Shown piece after piece: positions 30,418 to 38,978 of a DNA stretch of 64,000 nucleotides. The stretch covers positions 396 to 64,395 of the forward strand of contig CAMBEL010000004.1 of assembly GCA_945865605.1 (NCBI GenBank), written 5' to 3'. The first letter of the stretch is position 1, and every line of letters begins with the position of its first letter. This DNA is from Bifidobacterium breve. GTDB lineage: Bacteria > Actinomycetota > Acidimicrobiia > IMCC26256 > JAENVU01. Position numbers and translations under genes: made by a program. The notes under the pieces were generated by a model. The model was not told the DNA's origin and made no database searches. It worked only from the letters and a program-made list of their open reading frames with translations.

Positions 30418-31572
30418 TCAGGGTTGGTGACGGGATTCAGCTTCTCGGATTACCTCTAGTAGCGCGGCAGTCGTCTTGCGCGCGTCGTACTTCTCGACCG
30501 CGCGCTGCCTGGCCTCGGCTCCCATACGGTCGCGTTCGGCCGGGTAGTCCAACAGCCTCTCGATTGCGACTGCCAGCGCTTCGTCATTGCCTATCCCCAC
30601 TAGCAACCCAGTCTCGCCGTCCACCACCATCTCTGGCACACCGCCAACCTTCGTCGACACGACGGGAACGCCCGCGAACATTGCCTCGAGCACTGAGTAT
30701 GGCGACTTGTCGATTTCACTCGGGAGCGCAAAAACCGCAGTTCTGGCGAGCATTTCGGTCAATCGGGAGTCGCCGGGGCGCAAATCTGGAAAAGCCTTCA
30801 CGCCCGGCATATCCGGCACCGGATCCCTTGTAACCATGTTCAATACAACTCCGCGCTCATTCCAGCGGCGGTTGGCGAACACCCGCATCAACTGCACTCC
30901 ACCCTTGCGCAGGATCGTGTTACCCGTAAAAGTGATCTCCAAAAGGTTGGTCGCCGGTTGGGCTACTGCGGGTGGCGGCATGATGCCGAATGGAATTACC
31001 TGCAGACGGTCATCGCTGATTCCGTATCTCTCGCGGATGCCGTCAGCCGCCCACTCACTTTGGGCAACAACGATCGTGGCTGCTTCAAAGACCTTCTTCT
31101 CGAAACGCTCGGCAAGGGCGGTGACATGGGGCGTGAATCGAGTCGGGTAACGAAACGGCAACTGATCTGCGTTCTGCGCCGCCGTCCCATCGGTTGAAAC
31201 AACACTCGGATATTTGCGGATCAGACCCGCGGAGCTCAATGCAACGTGTTGGGAGTACGCATGAATCGCTCCGACTGGCCCCGATGAGATTGCGTCGCGC
31301 AACATCGAATCGGCCTGTCGGCTCAGCGCTATCTGCGCGCGTAAGCCAGCTAGGTCTAAGTCGAGCCCGGCAAGCCCTGGTATTTGTGCCCCCAAGATGC
31401 GGCGCCCCAAACCCGACGGAGGCACCTCAATATGCACTGCGTTTAGATCGGGATAGTCCTCTAACGCCTGGAATAGGTGGAGGTGCATGGTGGCGTGTCC
31501 ACCGAGGTTCTCGTTGAGAAACAACAACCGATCCATGTCGGCGCTTCCTGCCGAGCCCCTCGTATCGGCCAT
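30418..31572 (-). CDS. GT4-family glycosyltransferase (Glycos_transf_1 domain)
   Basis: The C-terminal domain PSEIDKSPYSVLEAMFAGVPVVSTKVGGVPEMVVDGETGLLV is the retaining-GT EX7E-type region. ATG at 31572 lies 2 nt after the upstream stop, with GGAG 8 nt upstream. Confidence 0.8.
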   Translation of the reverse strand: MADTRGSAGSADMDRLLFLNENLGGHATMHLHLFQALEDYPDLNAVHIEVPPSGLGRRILGAQIPGLAGLDLDLAGLRAQIALSRQADSMLRDAISSGPVGAIHAYSQHVALSSAGLIRKYPSVVSTDGTAAQNADQLPFRYPTRFTPHVTALAERFEKKVFEAATIVVAQSEWAADGIRERYGISDDRLQVIPFGIMPPPAVAQPATNLLEITFTGNTILRKGGVQLMRVFANRRWNERGVVLNMVTRDPVPDMPGVKAFPDLRPGDSRLTEMLARTAVFALPSEIDKSPYSVLEAMFAGVPVVSTKVGGVPEMVVDGETGLLVGIGNDEALAVAIERLLDYPAERDRMGAEARQRAVEKYDARKTTAALLEVIREAESRHQP

Positions 31573-31574
31573 CT

Positions 31575-32885
31575 CTATGGCTCCGGGAGAACAGCGACGA
31601 TTCTCGATGCCAACTTGTAAGCCGCCTCTGCCGGTCCTAACTCTTCGGGCCGTAAGAGGTTGGCCATAATCCGCAGCACCCACTCCATAAGGGTCTTTGA
31701 CCGGAAACCTACGCGGGTCAATTCCCGCATAACCGCGGGATTTCCGATGGCCTTCACAAATAAGCGTGCCACCTTGAAGTAGAGCCCATATACCTCGTCT
31801 AACCGCTCTGGATACCGGGCCAACGCCAGCCCATCGCCTGTTACCAAAGCCTCATCTACCGCATCAGCCACCATGCGGGCAGTCTCGTACGCATACGCGA
31901 TGCCCTCACCGTTGAATGGGTTGATTGCGCCGACGGCATCACCCGCGACGATCCAGGTAGGTCCGGTTTTTGGAAGTACGGATCCGCCTGTGGGCAATTT
32001 GCCACCAGTCCACGGGCCATCGGCTGTATCGGTCGAGATGCCCCAATAAGCAGGGGCGCTCGCCGTGAACGCTTCCATCAGCTTGGTTGTGTTGACGGAC
32101 TTGAAGCCGGTGAATGTGTCGAGGAGTCCCGCCCCCACATTTATGGTGCCATCGCCAACGGGAAAAATCCATCCATATCCGGGCATATGGTTCCCATCGC
32201 GGTCCCGAAGGTCTAGATGGCTTTCTATCCATGGGTCATCGTGCATGTCAGAGCGGTAGTAACCCCGAATCGCCATTCCCATGGGATACGAGCGATCGCG
32301 TGAGGTGCCCAGGGCGCGCCCAAAACGGGAGTTCGCGCCGTCAGCAACAACGACATACCGAGCCGATACCGTCTCCACCGTGCCTGTTTCTTTACGGCGG
32401 ATAGCCGCCCCGGTCACCAGGCCACCTTCAAACACAGGCTCGAGGGCCTCTGCCCCTTGCCACAACGTGGCGCCAGCCTTAACCGCCCGCTCGGCCACCA
32501 TCTGATCCAGATCTCTACGTCTAACTACATATCCATGGGCCGGCAGGGTCGGGTGTTCTGGCCACTCCAACTCGAGGGTTACCCCGTGGGCGATCGAGCG
32601 CAACCCGTCATACCGGTGGAACTCACTCAAAGGCTCCGCTAGGCCAATGTCACAAAGTTGTCGCACTGCCCTTGGGGTGAGGCCATCTCCGCAGGTCTTT
32701 TCGCGCGGGAAATGCTTCTTCTCAACCACCAGAACTCGGTGGCCCCGATCGGCAAGCCAATAGGCGGTAGCTGCACCGGATGGACCGGCCCCGACGACCA
32801 GAGCATCGTAGGTATCCCGCTTCGGTAATGGCATATGCGCATCGTCGCGCGGATCGGGGGCGGACGGGGTACTGCAGGTCGGCAT
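31575..32885 (-). CDS. geranylgeranyl-reductase-family FAD-dependent oxidoreductase (MenJ-like candidate)
   Basis: Contains the dinucleotide fold YDALVVGAGPSGAATAYWLADRGHRVLVVEKK, then the hallmark PREKTCGDGLTP of geranylgeranyl reductases. Start is uncertain: ATG at 32885 has GGGGGAAAG upstream, and the track ORF begins at 32930. Confidence 0.8.
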   Translation of the reverse strand: MPTCSTPSAPDPRDDAHMPLPKRDTYDALVVGAGPSGAATAYWLADRGHRVLVVEKKHFPREKTCGDGLTPRAVRQLCDIGLAEPLSEFHRYDGLRSIAHGVTLELEWPEHPTLPAHGYVVRRRDLDQMVAERAVKAGATLWQGAEALEPVFEGGLVTGAAIRRKETGTVETVSARYVVVADGANSRFGRALGTSRDRSYPMGMAIRGYYRSDMHDDPWIESHLDLRDRDGNHMPGYGWIFPVGDGTINVGAGLLDTFTGFKSVNTTKLMEAFTASAPAYWGISTDTADGPWTGGKLPTGGSVLPKTGPTWIVAGDAVGAINPFNGEGIAYAYETARMVADAVDEALVTGDGLALARYPERLDEVYGLYFKVARLFVKAIGNPAVMRELTRVGFRSKTLMEWVLRIMANLLRPEELGPAEAAYKLASRIVAVLPEP

Positions 32886-33015
32886 AGGTCGTTCTTTCCC
32901 CCGACCCGTCGATGTATCCTGCGCCGACATAGCGTGGTATCAAACAACGTCAATACTGAGGTTCTGGGCGCGCAAAAGTGTCGCGACTGGACCAACTAAG
33001 GAGATCCAGCAGCCA

Positions 33016-33510
33016 ATGCCCAACCTGCTACCCGATATCGCCTTCTTGCGACCTGGCGGCCGTCTGATCTGGGCCACGGTGCTATTGGTGATATTCGCGA
33101 TCCCGCTGTTGATGGCTCTGCGGCGACCAAAGTCTGACTCAGTTACCACCTGGGCACAGGCGATGGCGGGCGCTACATATGTATTCGCAATGATGCTGCT
33201 CGCTTACGCCGTTATCCCGAGCGAGTTCATCACGTTCGCGGACAAGTACCTGCTCTGGGGAACGAACAGTTACATCATCAAGTCGACGACCGCGATTCCG
33301 TTTTACAATTCGCTTGACTGGCCACTCTCGATCGACATGAAGGCAATCAGAGACATCGTCGTTGTTGGCATCTACATCGTTTTCTTCGGCATCAACATCG
33401 CGTTGATCGTGTTATGGCAAAAGCGTAAGACGGCTGCAGAGTTGGAAAGTGCGCCGCCGAAAGAACTTGGCAAGTCGCGTTTTGGTCGCCCACTTCGAGC
33501 GAAGGCGTAG
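33016..33510 (+). CDS. uncharacterised integral membrane protein, first gene of the bc cluster
   Basis: 164 aa with about 3-4 hydrophobic segments. AAGGAG lies 10 nt upstream of the ATG, and the stop is 5 nt before the ferredoxin gene. No family recognised. Confidence 0.6.
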   Translation: MPNLLPDIAFLRPGGRLIWATVLLVIFAIPLLMALRRPKSDSVTTWAQAMAGATYVFAMMLLAYAVIPSEFITFADKYLLWGTNSYIIKSTTAIPFYNSLDWPLSIDMKAIRDIVVVGIYIVFFGINIALIVLWQKRKTAAELESAPPKELGKSRFGRPLRAKA

Positions 33511-33514
33511 GCGA

Positions 33515-33928
33515 ATGGCCAAGACCGACGCGAATCCACCGATGCCCCTGTTCGTTACGGACTATGTATTGCAAGAAGTCGACACGTCATACCTGACGCA
33601 GACTGTTAAACCGAAGCAGTTTTTGCACATCGATCAAGCCGAATGCATCCTGTGCGAAGGCTGTGTCGATATCTGCCCGTGGAAGTGCATTCACATGGTG
33701 TCGTTATCGGCGATCGATGAAGCGATTGGCACCGAACTCCCCGGAGAAGACCCGCGGGACCAGGTTGCGTTTATCGTTGACGAAGATGTTTGCACCCGCT
33801 GCGCGCTTTGCGTAGACCGGTGCCCAACTGGAGTAATCATTCTTGGAAAAATTACAGACCAAAGCGCAGAGGGCGATCCACATACCCGCACTCCGCGCAA
33901 TGGGTACGCGTACGGCCTGAGGTTCTAG
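33515..33928 (+). CDS. 2[4Fe-4S] dicluster ferredoxin-domain protein
   Basis: 137 aa with two complete motifs, CILCEGCVDICP and CTRCALCVDRCP. ATG at 33515 follows the preceding stop; the track ORF starts earlier and overlaps. Confidence 0.85.
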   Translation: MAKTDANPPMPLFVTDYVLQEVDTSYLTQTVKPKQFLHIDQAECILCEGCVDICPWKCIHMVSLSAIDEAIGTELPGEDPRDQVAFIVDEDVCTRCALCVDRCPTGVIILGKITDQSAEGDPHTRTPRNGYAYGLRF

Positions 33929-33986
33929 AACGCAAACTCGTTCGGCGACTTTGCCGAACTCGAACAGAAAAGTAGGAGACACACTC

Positions 33987-34784
33987 GTGGCCAGTGCCAA
34001 CGGGAGCAACGGGAGCGGCGGCATCGGAACGAAGTTGCGCGCGCGCTCGAAAAAACTCGGAGAGCAGGTAGGCAACTCGCAGGTAATGAACTCGATCTTC
34101 CGCCCGGGTTCCATCTTTAGACACGGCTACACGGATAGCCCACGTAACCGCTCATACGTCGTGATGAACAGCGTGCTGTACCACCTTCACCCTGTGAAGG
34201 TGAAACGACATGCAGTCAAGGTGAGCTACACGCTTTGTCTCGGCGGGCTTTCCTTCTTCTTGTTCATCTTGCTCACGGTCACCGGCATCTTCCTCATGTT
34301 CTTCTACCGCCCAACCGAGGCACTCGCTTGGAACAACATTCAGCAACTCGAAACTGCTGTGTGGTTTGGTTCCATGGTTCGCAACATGCATCGATGGGGC
34401 GCTCACCTAATGGTGCTCACCGTGTTCATGCACATGAGCCGCGTCTTCTACCACGGTGCGTACAAGGCACCGCGCGAGTTCAACTGGGTGATCGGCGTAA
34501 TCCTGCTCACGCTCACGCTCATGCTCTCGTTCACCGGATACCTATTGCCGTGGGACCAACTGGCACTTTGGGCAGTGACAGTAGGTACGAACATGATGGG
34601 TTACACGCCAGTATTCGGTGGCCAAGTTCGTTACGCACTTTTGGGTTCCAAAGAAATCAGCGGCGATACTTTGTTGCGTTGGTACACCTTGCACGTGTTG
34701 CTACTGCCGTTCATCATTGTGATCTTTATGGCCGTCCACTTCTGGCGAGTTCGTAAGGATGGGGGCATCAGTGGACCTCTCTAA
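33987..34784 (+). CDS. cytochrome b6-type subunit (cytochrome b N-terminal half, 4 TM)
   Basis: His pairs lie in MVRNMHRWGAHLMVLTVFMHM and TLHVLLLPFIIVIFMAVHFWRV. FFYRPT and PWDQ-type blocks are present. A CLGG cysteine lies before TM1 at 34236..34238. GTG at 33987 has AGGAG 8 nt upstream; the track ORF starts at 33951. Confidence 0.88.
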   Translation: MASANGSNGSGGIGTKLRARSKKLGEQVGNSQVMNSIFRPGSIFRHGYTDSPRNRSYVVMNSVLYHLHPVKVKRHAVKVSYTLCLGGLSFFLFILLTVTGIFLMFFYRPTEALAWNNIQQLETAVWFGSMVRNMHRWGAHLMVLTVFMHMSRVFYHGAYKAPREFNWVIGVILLTLTLMLSFTGYLLPWDQLALWAVTVGTNMMGYTPVFGGQVRYALLGSKEISGDTLLRWYTLHVLLLPFIIVIFMAVHFWRVRKDGGISGPL

Positions 34785-34796
34785 GGGGAAGCGCAC

Positions 34797-35648
34797 ATGA
34801 CCGAACTCCCCGAGCACCTTAAAAAGCGCGCCGCCGAACGGCGAGCACAACTAGCCAAGGCCAGCGGTGACGCACCCGAAGAAACTGCGACGGGCGCCAC
34901 ACCAGGCGCCACTACAGCCGACGAGCAACCAGTCGCTCAAGAAATCTCCGAAGCTGCTGCACCAGTTGCTGCCACCTCGGCGAGCTCCGAGATCACCGAA
35001 TCGAAGGGCGGCGTCCCTTCTCATCTGCTCGAACGCTCGCGTAAGCGTAAGGCGGCACTCGCTGGTGGCGACGGCGAAGAAGTTTCTGGTGGTGGCGTTG
35101 CAACAGCGGTGAAGGCGGCTCCAATCGCGGTCCCGACAGGAACCGGTCCAGACGGACACACGCAACGGCTGCTAACGGTTGTTAAGTCCGGGTCCATCCA
35201 ACAGACCCGCGGCGAAGCGGTCGACAAAGTCCACACATGGCCACACCTTCTCGTAGTCGAGTTCGCTGCAACTCTCGCCTGCAGTGCGATGCTCCTCATC
35301 TTCTCTGCTCTGGTGCGCGCTCCCCTTCTTGGCCTAGCCGATGTCAACCAAACCCCTAACCCGTCAAAGGCCCCGTGGTACTTCCTGGGCCTTCAGGAGT
35401 TGTTGACGATGTTCCACCCGATGGTCGCTGGAGTGACCATCCCGGGCATGGGGTTGTTCTTGCTCATGATTGCCCCCTATGTCGACAAGACCACTTCCAA
35501 TAGGCCAGAGGACCGCAAGTTTGCGATCTCCGTGTTCACCATATTCTTGATGTTCTGGGCAGTACTAGTAATTATCGGTTCGTTCTTCCGGGGACCAGGT
35601 TTCAACTTTGTTTTCCCGTGGAACGACGGAATCTTCTTCGAACTTTAG
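34797..35648 (+). CDS. cytochrome b C-terminal / subunit IV-like protein with long N-terminal extension
   Basis: The C-terminal 135 aa carry NPSKAPWYFLGLQELL (the PEWY-region equivalent) and 3 TM segments. The N-terminal ~145 aa are Ala/Glu/Thr-rich. Confidence 0.82.
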   Translation: MTELPEHLKKRAAERRAQLAKASGDAPEETATGATPGATTADEQPVAQEISEAAAPVAATSASSEITESKGGVPSHLLERSRKRKAALAGGDGEEVSGGGVATAVKAAPIAVPTGTGPDGHTQRLLTVVKSGSIQQTRGEAVDKVHTWPHLLVVEFAATLACSAMLLIFSALVRAPLLGLADVNQTPNPSKAPWYFLGLQELLTMFHPMVAGVTIPGMGLFLLMIAPYVDKTTSNRPEDRKFAISVFTIFLMFWAVLVIIGSFFRGPGFNFVFPWNDGIFFEL

Positions 35649-35661
35649 GAGTCTTTAGCCA

Positions 35662-36528
35662 GTGTCAGTTGCCCTTGTCATCGCTATCCCGGTTCTGCTG
35701 ATTTTTGCAGCGGTGATGATTTTCGCTACCGGACGTCGCCGCGCATCAACGGATGTAACGGGCAACGTCACGGGAACCCTCACCGCCGAGACACGCAGTC
35801 GCGACGCCGATTCCAACCCGGATGCAGGCGGCGTAGATGACGGTTCATCAGATGCGCGAGATCGGGCAGATGAAACAAAAGAAGGTGTCGACGGTGTTCC
35901 TGCGCTTCGCAACGGTGGCGAAGTAACAAAACTGCAGCCCGTAAGTGACGACGAGATCCAGATAAGTAGACGCCAATTCTTTAACCGCGGCATCCTGATA
36001 ACGATGTCGATAAGCCTCGGTGCTTTCGGCGCCGCATCCATCAGTTTCCTCTACGCCAAGTCGGCTGGAGGCTTTGGTGGCAAAGTCGATGCCGGTTCAA
36101 GTCTCGAAGATGTACTCGCGTTCACAAATGAAAACAAGCAACCGTTCTACGTTCCAGCGGCCCGCACATATCTACTCCCGTTCCCTTCGGCTGCCGTAAG
36201 CGAGGCGAAGAAAGTCCCGCAATACATGCTTCTAATCCCGGGGATGGAGCAGGGAATCATCGCGAGTTATCAGAAGTGTCCGCACCTCGGATGCAAGGTC
36301 CCGTGGTGTGGGAGTTCGCAGTGGTTCGAATGCCCATGCCACGGCTCCAAATACAACAGGGTCGGCGAGAAGACAGGTGGCCCGGCTCCCCGTGGCATGG
36401 ATCATTTCATGCTTGACGTGAACGGCGGCAAAATCACGATCGACACGTCTACTCCGATCGAGGGTGCACCTATCGGAACCGATACCACCGGCCAAGGCGC
36501 CGAGGGACCCCCATGCGTGGGCGGCTGA
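35662..36528 (+). CDS. Rieske 2Fe-2S subunit
   Basis: Contains the Rieske boxes CPHLGCKV and CPCHGSKYN. An N-terminal TM segment is followed by an internal twin-arginine-like SRRQFFNRG before a second TM. GTG start with GGAG upstream. Confidence 0.9.
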   Translation: MSVALVIAIPVLLIFAAVMIFATGRRRASTDVTGNVTGTLTAETRSRDADSNPDAGGVDDGSSDARDRADETKEGVDGVPALRNGGEVTKLQPVSDDEIQISRRQFFNRGILITMSISLGAFGAASISFLYAKSAGGFGGKVDAGSSLEDVLAFTNENKQPFYVPAARTYLLPFPSAAVSEAKKVPQYMLLIPGMEQGIIASYQKCPHLGCKVPWCGSSQWFECPCHGSKYNRVGEKTGGPAPRGMDHFMLDVNGGKITIDTSTPIEGAPIGTDTTGQGAEGPPCVGG

Positions 36529-36568
36529 TCATCATGAACCACCACCGCATCAACACTTCGAGGCGACC

Positions 36569-37834
36569 TTGATACTCGCGATCACGTTACGGACACTCAT
36601 CTTCATCATCAACATCGCTGCTGTCGGTGTGATCTTTGGTGTTATTGGTTATCGGGTGTTGTCTGTGCGACGTACACCGACCGAAGTAGAGGCTCAAAAC
36701 ATCACGCCTTTCTTCGATGATGACACTCTAGAAAATGAACACCTAACGCGCGCTTTGCGTTGGACACTGATCTTCTCGACCATCGTTGCGGTGTCACTTC
36801 CCCTTTACTGGGTACTCGAACCGTCGCGGCAAAGAGCTGAGGCAGAAGGCTTCGAACAACGCGCAATCGCTCGCGGCGGGGTGCTGTTTGCGAACGACTC
36901 CATGCCCGCTTACAACAACGCTATTTCGTTGCTCTGCGCCAACTGTCACGGCGTCGATGCTAAGGGTGGGGCAGCGCCGTTCGTAATCACGCCCGAAGCT
37001 CAAGGTGAACTCGAAGGTAGGGCGGTACAAGTGTCGTGGGACGCGCCCGCTCTGGACACGCTCTTCTGGCGCTTCAACGAGTGCACGGCAGAGGAAGTCA
37101 CAGCTGGCACCGGTGGTTGCGGCGGAGTGGAGCAACAGGTAACGCAGATCCTGATTTACGGGCGGCCCGGCACTCCGATGCCAGCGTGGGGACTCAAGGG
37201 TGGTGGACCAAAGAATGACCAAGCGATCAGTGACATCGTCGCATACCTCAAGAGCATCCAGGTCTCGCCAGCCCAGGCAAGCGCAAGAGTTCAATCCGAC
37301 ATCGCCGCACTTCAAGACGAAGCCACCAGTGGAGTCGACGTTGCGAAGGGGAACCTCAAAGACGCCCAAACCGAACGTGCTGCTGCAAAGAATGTGGAAG
37401 ATCGCGCTGTAGCGGTAGGGAAAGTCATTGCTGCCGAGACTGCCGTAAAGCGCGCTGAGAATTATCTCGCCGAAGTCGAGCGCTCGAGTGAAGGCGAGTT
37501 GCTTTTCATGACGCAGTGCGCGCGTTGCCACACGACTGGCTGGTCCTATAACGAGCCGAGTGATCCGCTGGTTCCGTTGCCCGGACCACAGGGTGGCGGC
37601 GCATTCGGGCCATCGTTGCGAGCCGGTGCCGTGACGGAACAGTTCCCTGGAAATCCGTTCAGTGATCCGAACACTCCCGGTTATATAAAGCAATACGCAT
37701 GGGTAGCCGAAGGTGTCGAGGCCAACAAGGGATACGGCGTGCGCGGCATCTCTTCAGGACGCATGCCCCACTTCGGCCAGATATTCACCAAGGGTCAACT
37801 CGACGCCGTAATCACGTTTGAACGAGGTCTGTGA
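36569..37834 (+). CDS. membrane-anchored dihaem cytochrome c
   Basis: Two haem c motifs, CANCHG and CARCHT, with an N-terminal TM segment. The track ORF begins at 36464, overlapping the Rieske gene. TTG at 36569 with GAGG 5 nt upstream is a plausible start; the start is uncertain. Confidence 0.82.
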   Translation: MILAITLRTLIFIINIAAVGVIFGVIGYRVLSVRRTPTEVEAQNITPFFDDDTLENEHLTRALRWTLIFSTIVAVSLPLYWVLEPSRQRAEAEGFEQRAIARGGVLFANDSMPAYNNAISLLCANCHGVDAKGGAAPFVITPEAQGELEGRAVQVSWDAPALDTLFWRFNECTAEEVTAGTGGCGGVEQQVTQILIYGRPGTPMPAWGLKGGGPKNDQAISDIVAYLKSIQVSPAQASARVQSDIAALQDEATSGVDVAKGNLKDAQTERAAAKNVEDRAVAVGKVIAAETAVKRAENYLAEVERSSEGELLFMTQCARCHTTGWSYNEPSDPLVPLPGPQGGGAFGPSLRAGAVTEQFPGNPFSDPNTPGYIKQYAWVAEGVEANKGYGVRGISSGRMPHFGQIFTKGQLDAVITFERGL

Positions 37835-38739
37835 TGGGAACGTCGTTGGTTAATGCAGCAGTCCTTGCAAGCGGTGGACTCACTGAACGGAGTCTTTGGT
37901 ATCCGACGATCCTCGGGGTACTCGTATTCATCGCAGCGATCAGCCTGTTTTGCGGAACTATCTACTTATTGCTTGCAACCAACCTGGGCGCGCGCCTCGG
38001 GTTCCTGATCGCTGGTGCCGGTCTCTCTGGCCTAATGATGTTGATGGCGTCATTGTGGATGACTACATCGTTCCCACTAACCACACTCAAAGGGCGCATA
38101 CCCCAATGGGTTGCGCTCGAATCAATCGATGGCGGAGACACGGCCAGGTCACCGTACGTACCTGTTCAGACGATCAGAACGCCGGGCAACGAAGCCGACA
38201 TCGCAGAGATGACAAACGTAAAAGCTTCTGTAGATCAGGCGCTGGTAAATACGAGTGAGACAGGCGCCATCTCGGAGGAAGTGGGCACAACCGCACGCTT
38301 CGCGGTTTACGAATCTGCTTCGGACTACATCGTCAAGGATGTGTACGAGACCGGCGGAGGAACCATATTTAGCCAGGTCGACGTTTCAACCAGCAGCGAC
38401 TGGCCATGGCTGCACGTGAGCCTGCACGAGCCGCTCTACGCGATGGCAGACCTATGCCCTGTCGATTCCTCAAAGATGATTGTTCCGTTCGGCGACCCAA
38501 TACCGCCTCCAGTTTGCGACAAGTCCAAAGGCATCGACAGCCTCGTATTCGTTCGCGACCTTGGTTCAATGCGCATGCCGCCATTCGTTGCCTTCCTGGC
38601 TTCTGGCACGCTGTTTGCATTGTTCCTGCTCGGTTTGCACTGGCGAGAACGCGATCTACTGGAAATGGCTGCTGTGTCGCAGCCTGAGAAGCAACCCGAG
38701 TTGGATGCAGCCGAAGACAAGACGTTGGAACCGGTATGA
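37831..38739 (+). CDS. uncharacterised membrane protein translationally coupled to cytochrome c
   Basis: 302 aa. Two N-terminal TM segments, a soluble domain of about 170 aa and a C-terminal TM segment. The start (GTGATG) overlaps the cytochrome c stop. No family recognised. Confidence 0.65.
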   Translation: MMGTSLVNAAVLASGGLTERSLWYPTILGVLVFIAAISLFCGTIYLLLATNLGARLGFLIAGAGLSGLMMLMASLWMTTSFPLTTLKGRIPQWVALESIDGGDTARSPYVPVQTIRTPGNEADIAEMTNVKASVDQALVNTSETGAISEEVGTTARFAVYESASDYIVKDVYETGGGTIFSQVDVSTSSDWPWLHVSLHEPLYAMADLCPVDSSKMIVPFGDPIPPPVCDKSKGIDSLVFVRDLGSMRMPPFVAFLASGTLFALFLLGLHWRERDLLEMAAVSQPEKQPELDAAEDKTLEPV

Positions 38740-38978
38740 GGAATACGTTGAACGCACTGCAGGTATTCACCCGGCGATCGGGCATTCGATTGGCGTCAGT
38801 CTTGGGCCTCGCTGTGTTCGCTGCGGGCTGCAACGACGGCCAACTGATCGACGCAGCGGGCGCAGGTGGTGGCGGAGGCGCTGCCTTCGTGCTGTTCGTG
38901 ATTTTCTTCTGGGGGTTCATCGCGAGCTTGTTCTACATGGACAAAATCCGCCGCAAGAAGTCCAACAAAGATACCTAG
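38736..38978 (+). CDS. small putative lipoprotein / membrane protein
   Basis: 80 aa with an ATGA overlap to the preceding gene. Lipobox-like LAVFAAGC, a Gly run, one TM segment (AAFVLFVIFFWGFIASLFY) and a basic tail. Confidence 0.5.
   Translation: MRNTLNALQVFTRRSGIRLASVLGLAVFAAGCNDGQLIDAAGAGGGGGAAFVLFVIFFWGFIASLFYMDKIRRKKSNKDT

Noticed and set aside
36794-37693. 299-aa ORF antisense to the dihaem cytochrome c gene
   Set aside because: It has no motifs and is fully contained antisense to a gene with clear haem c motifs, so I take it as a shadow ORF.
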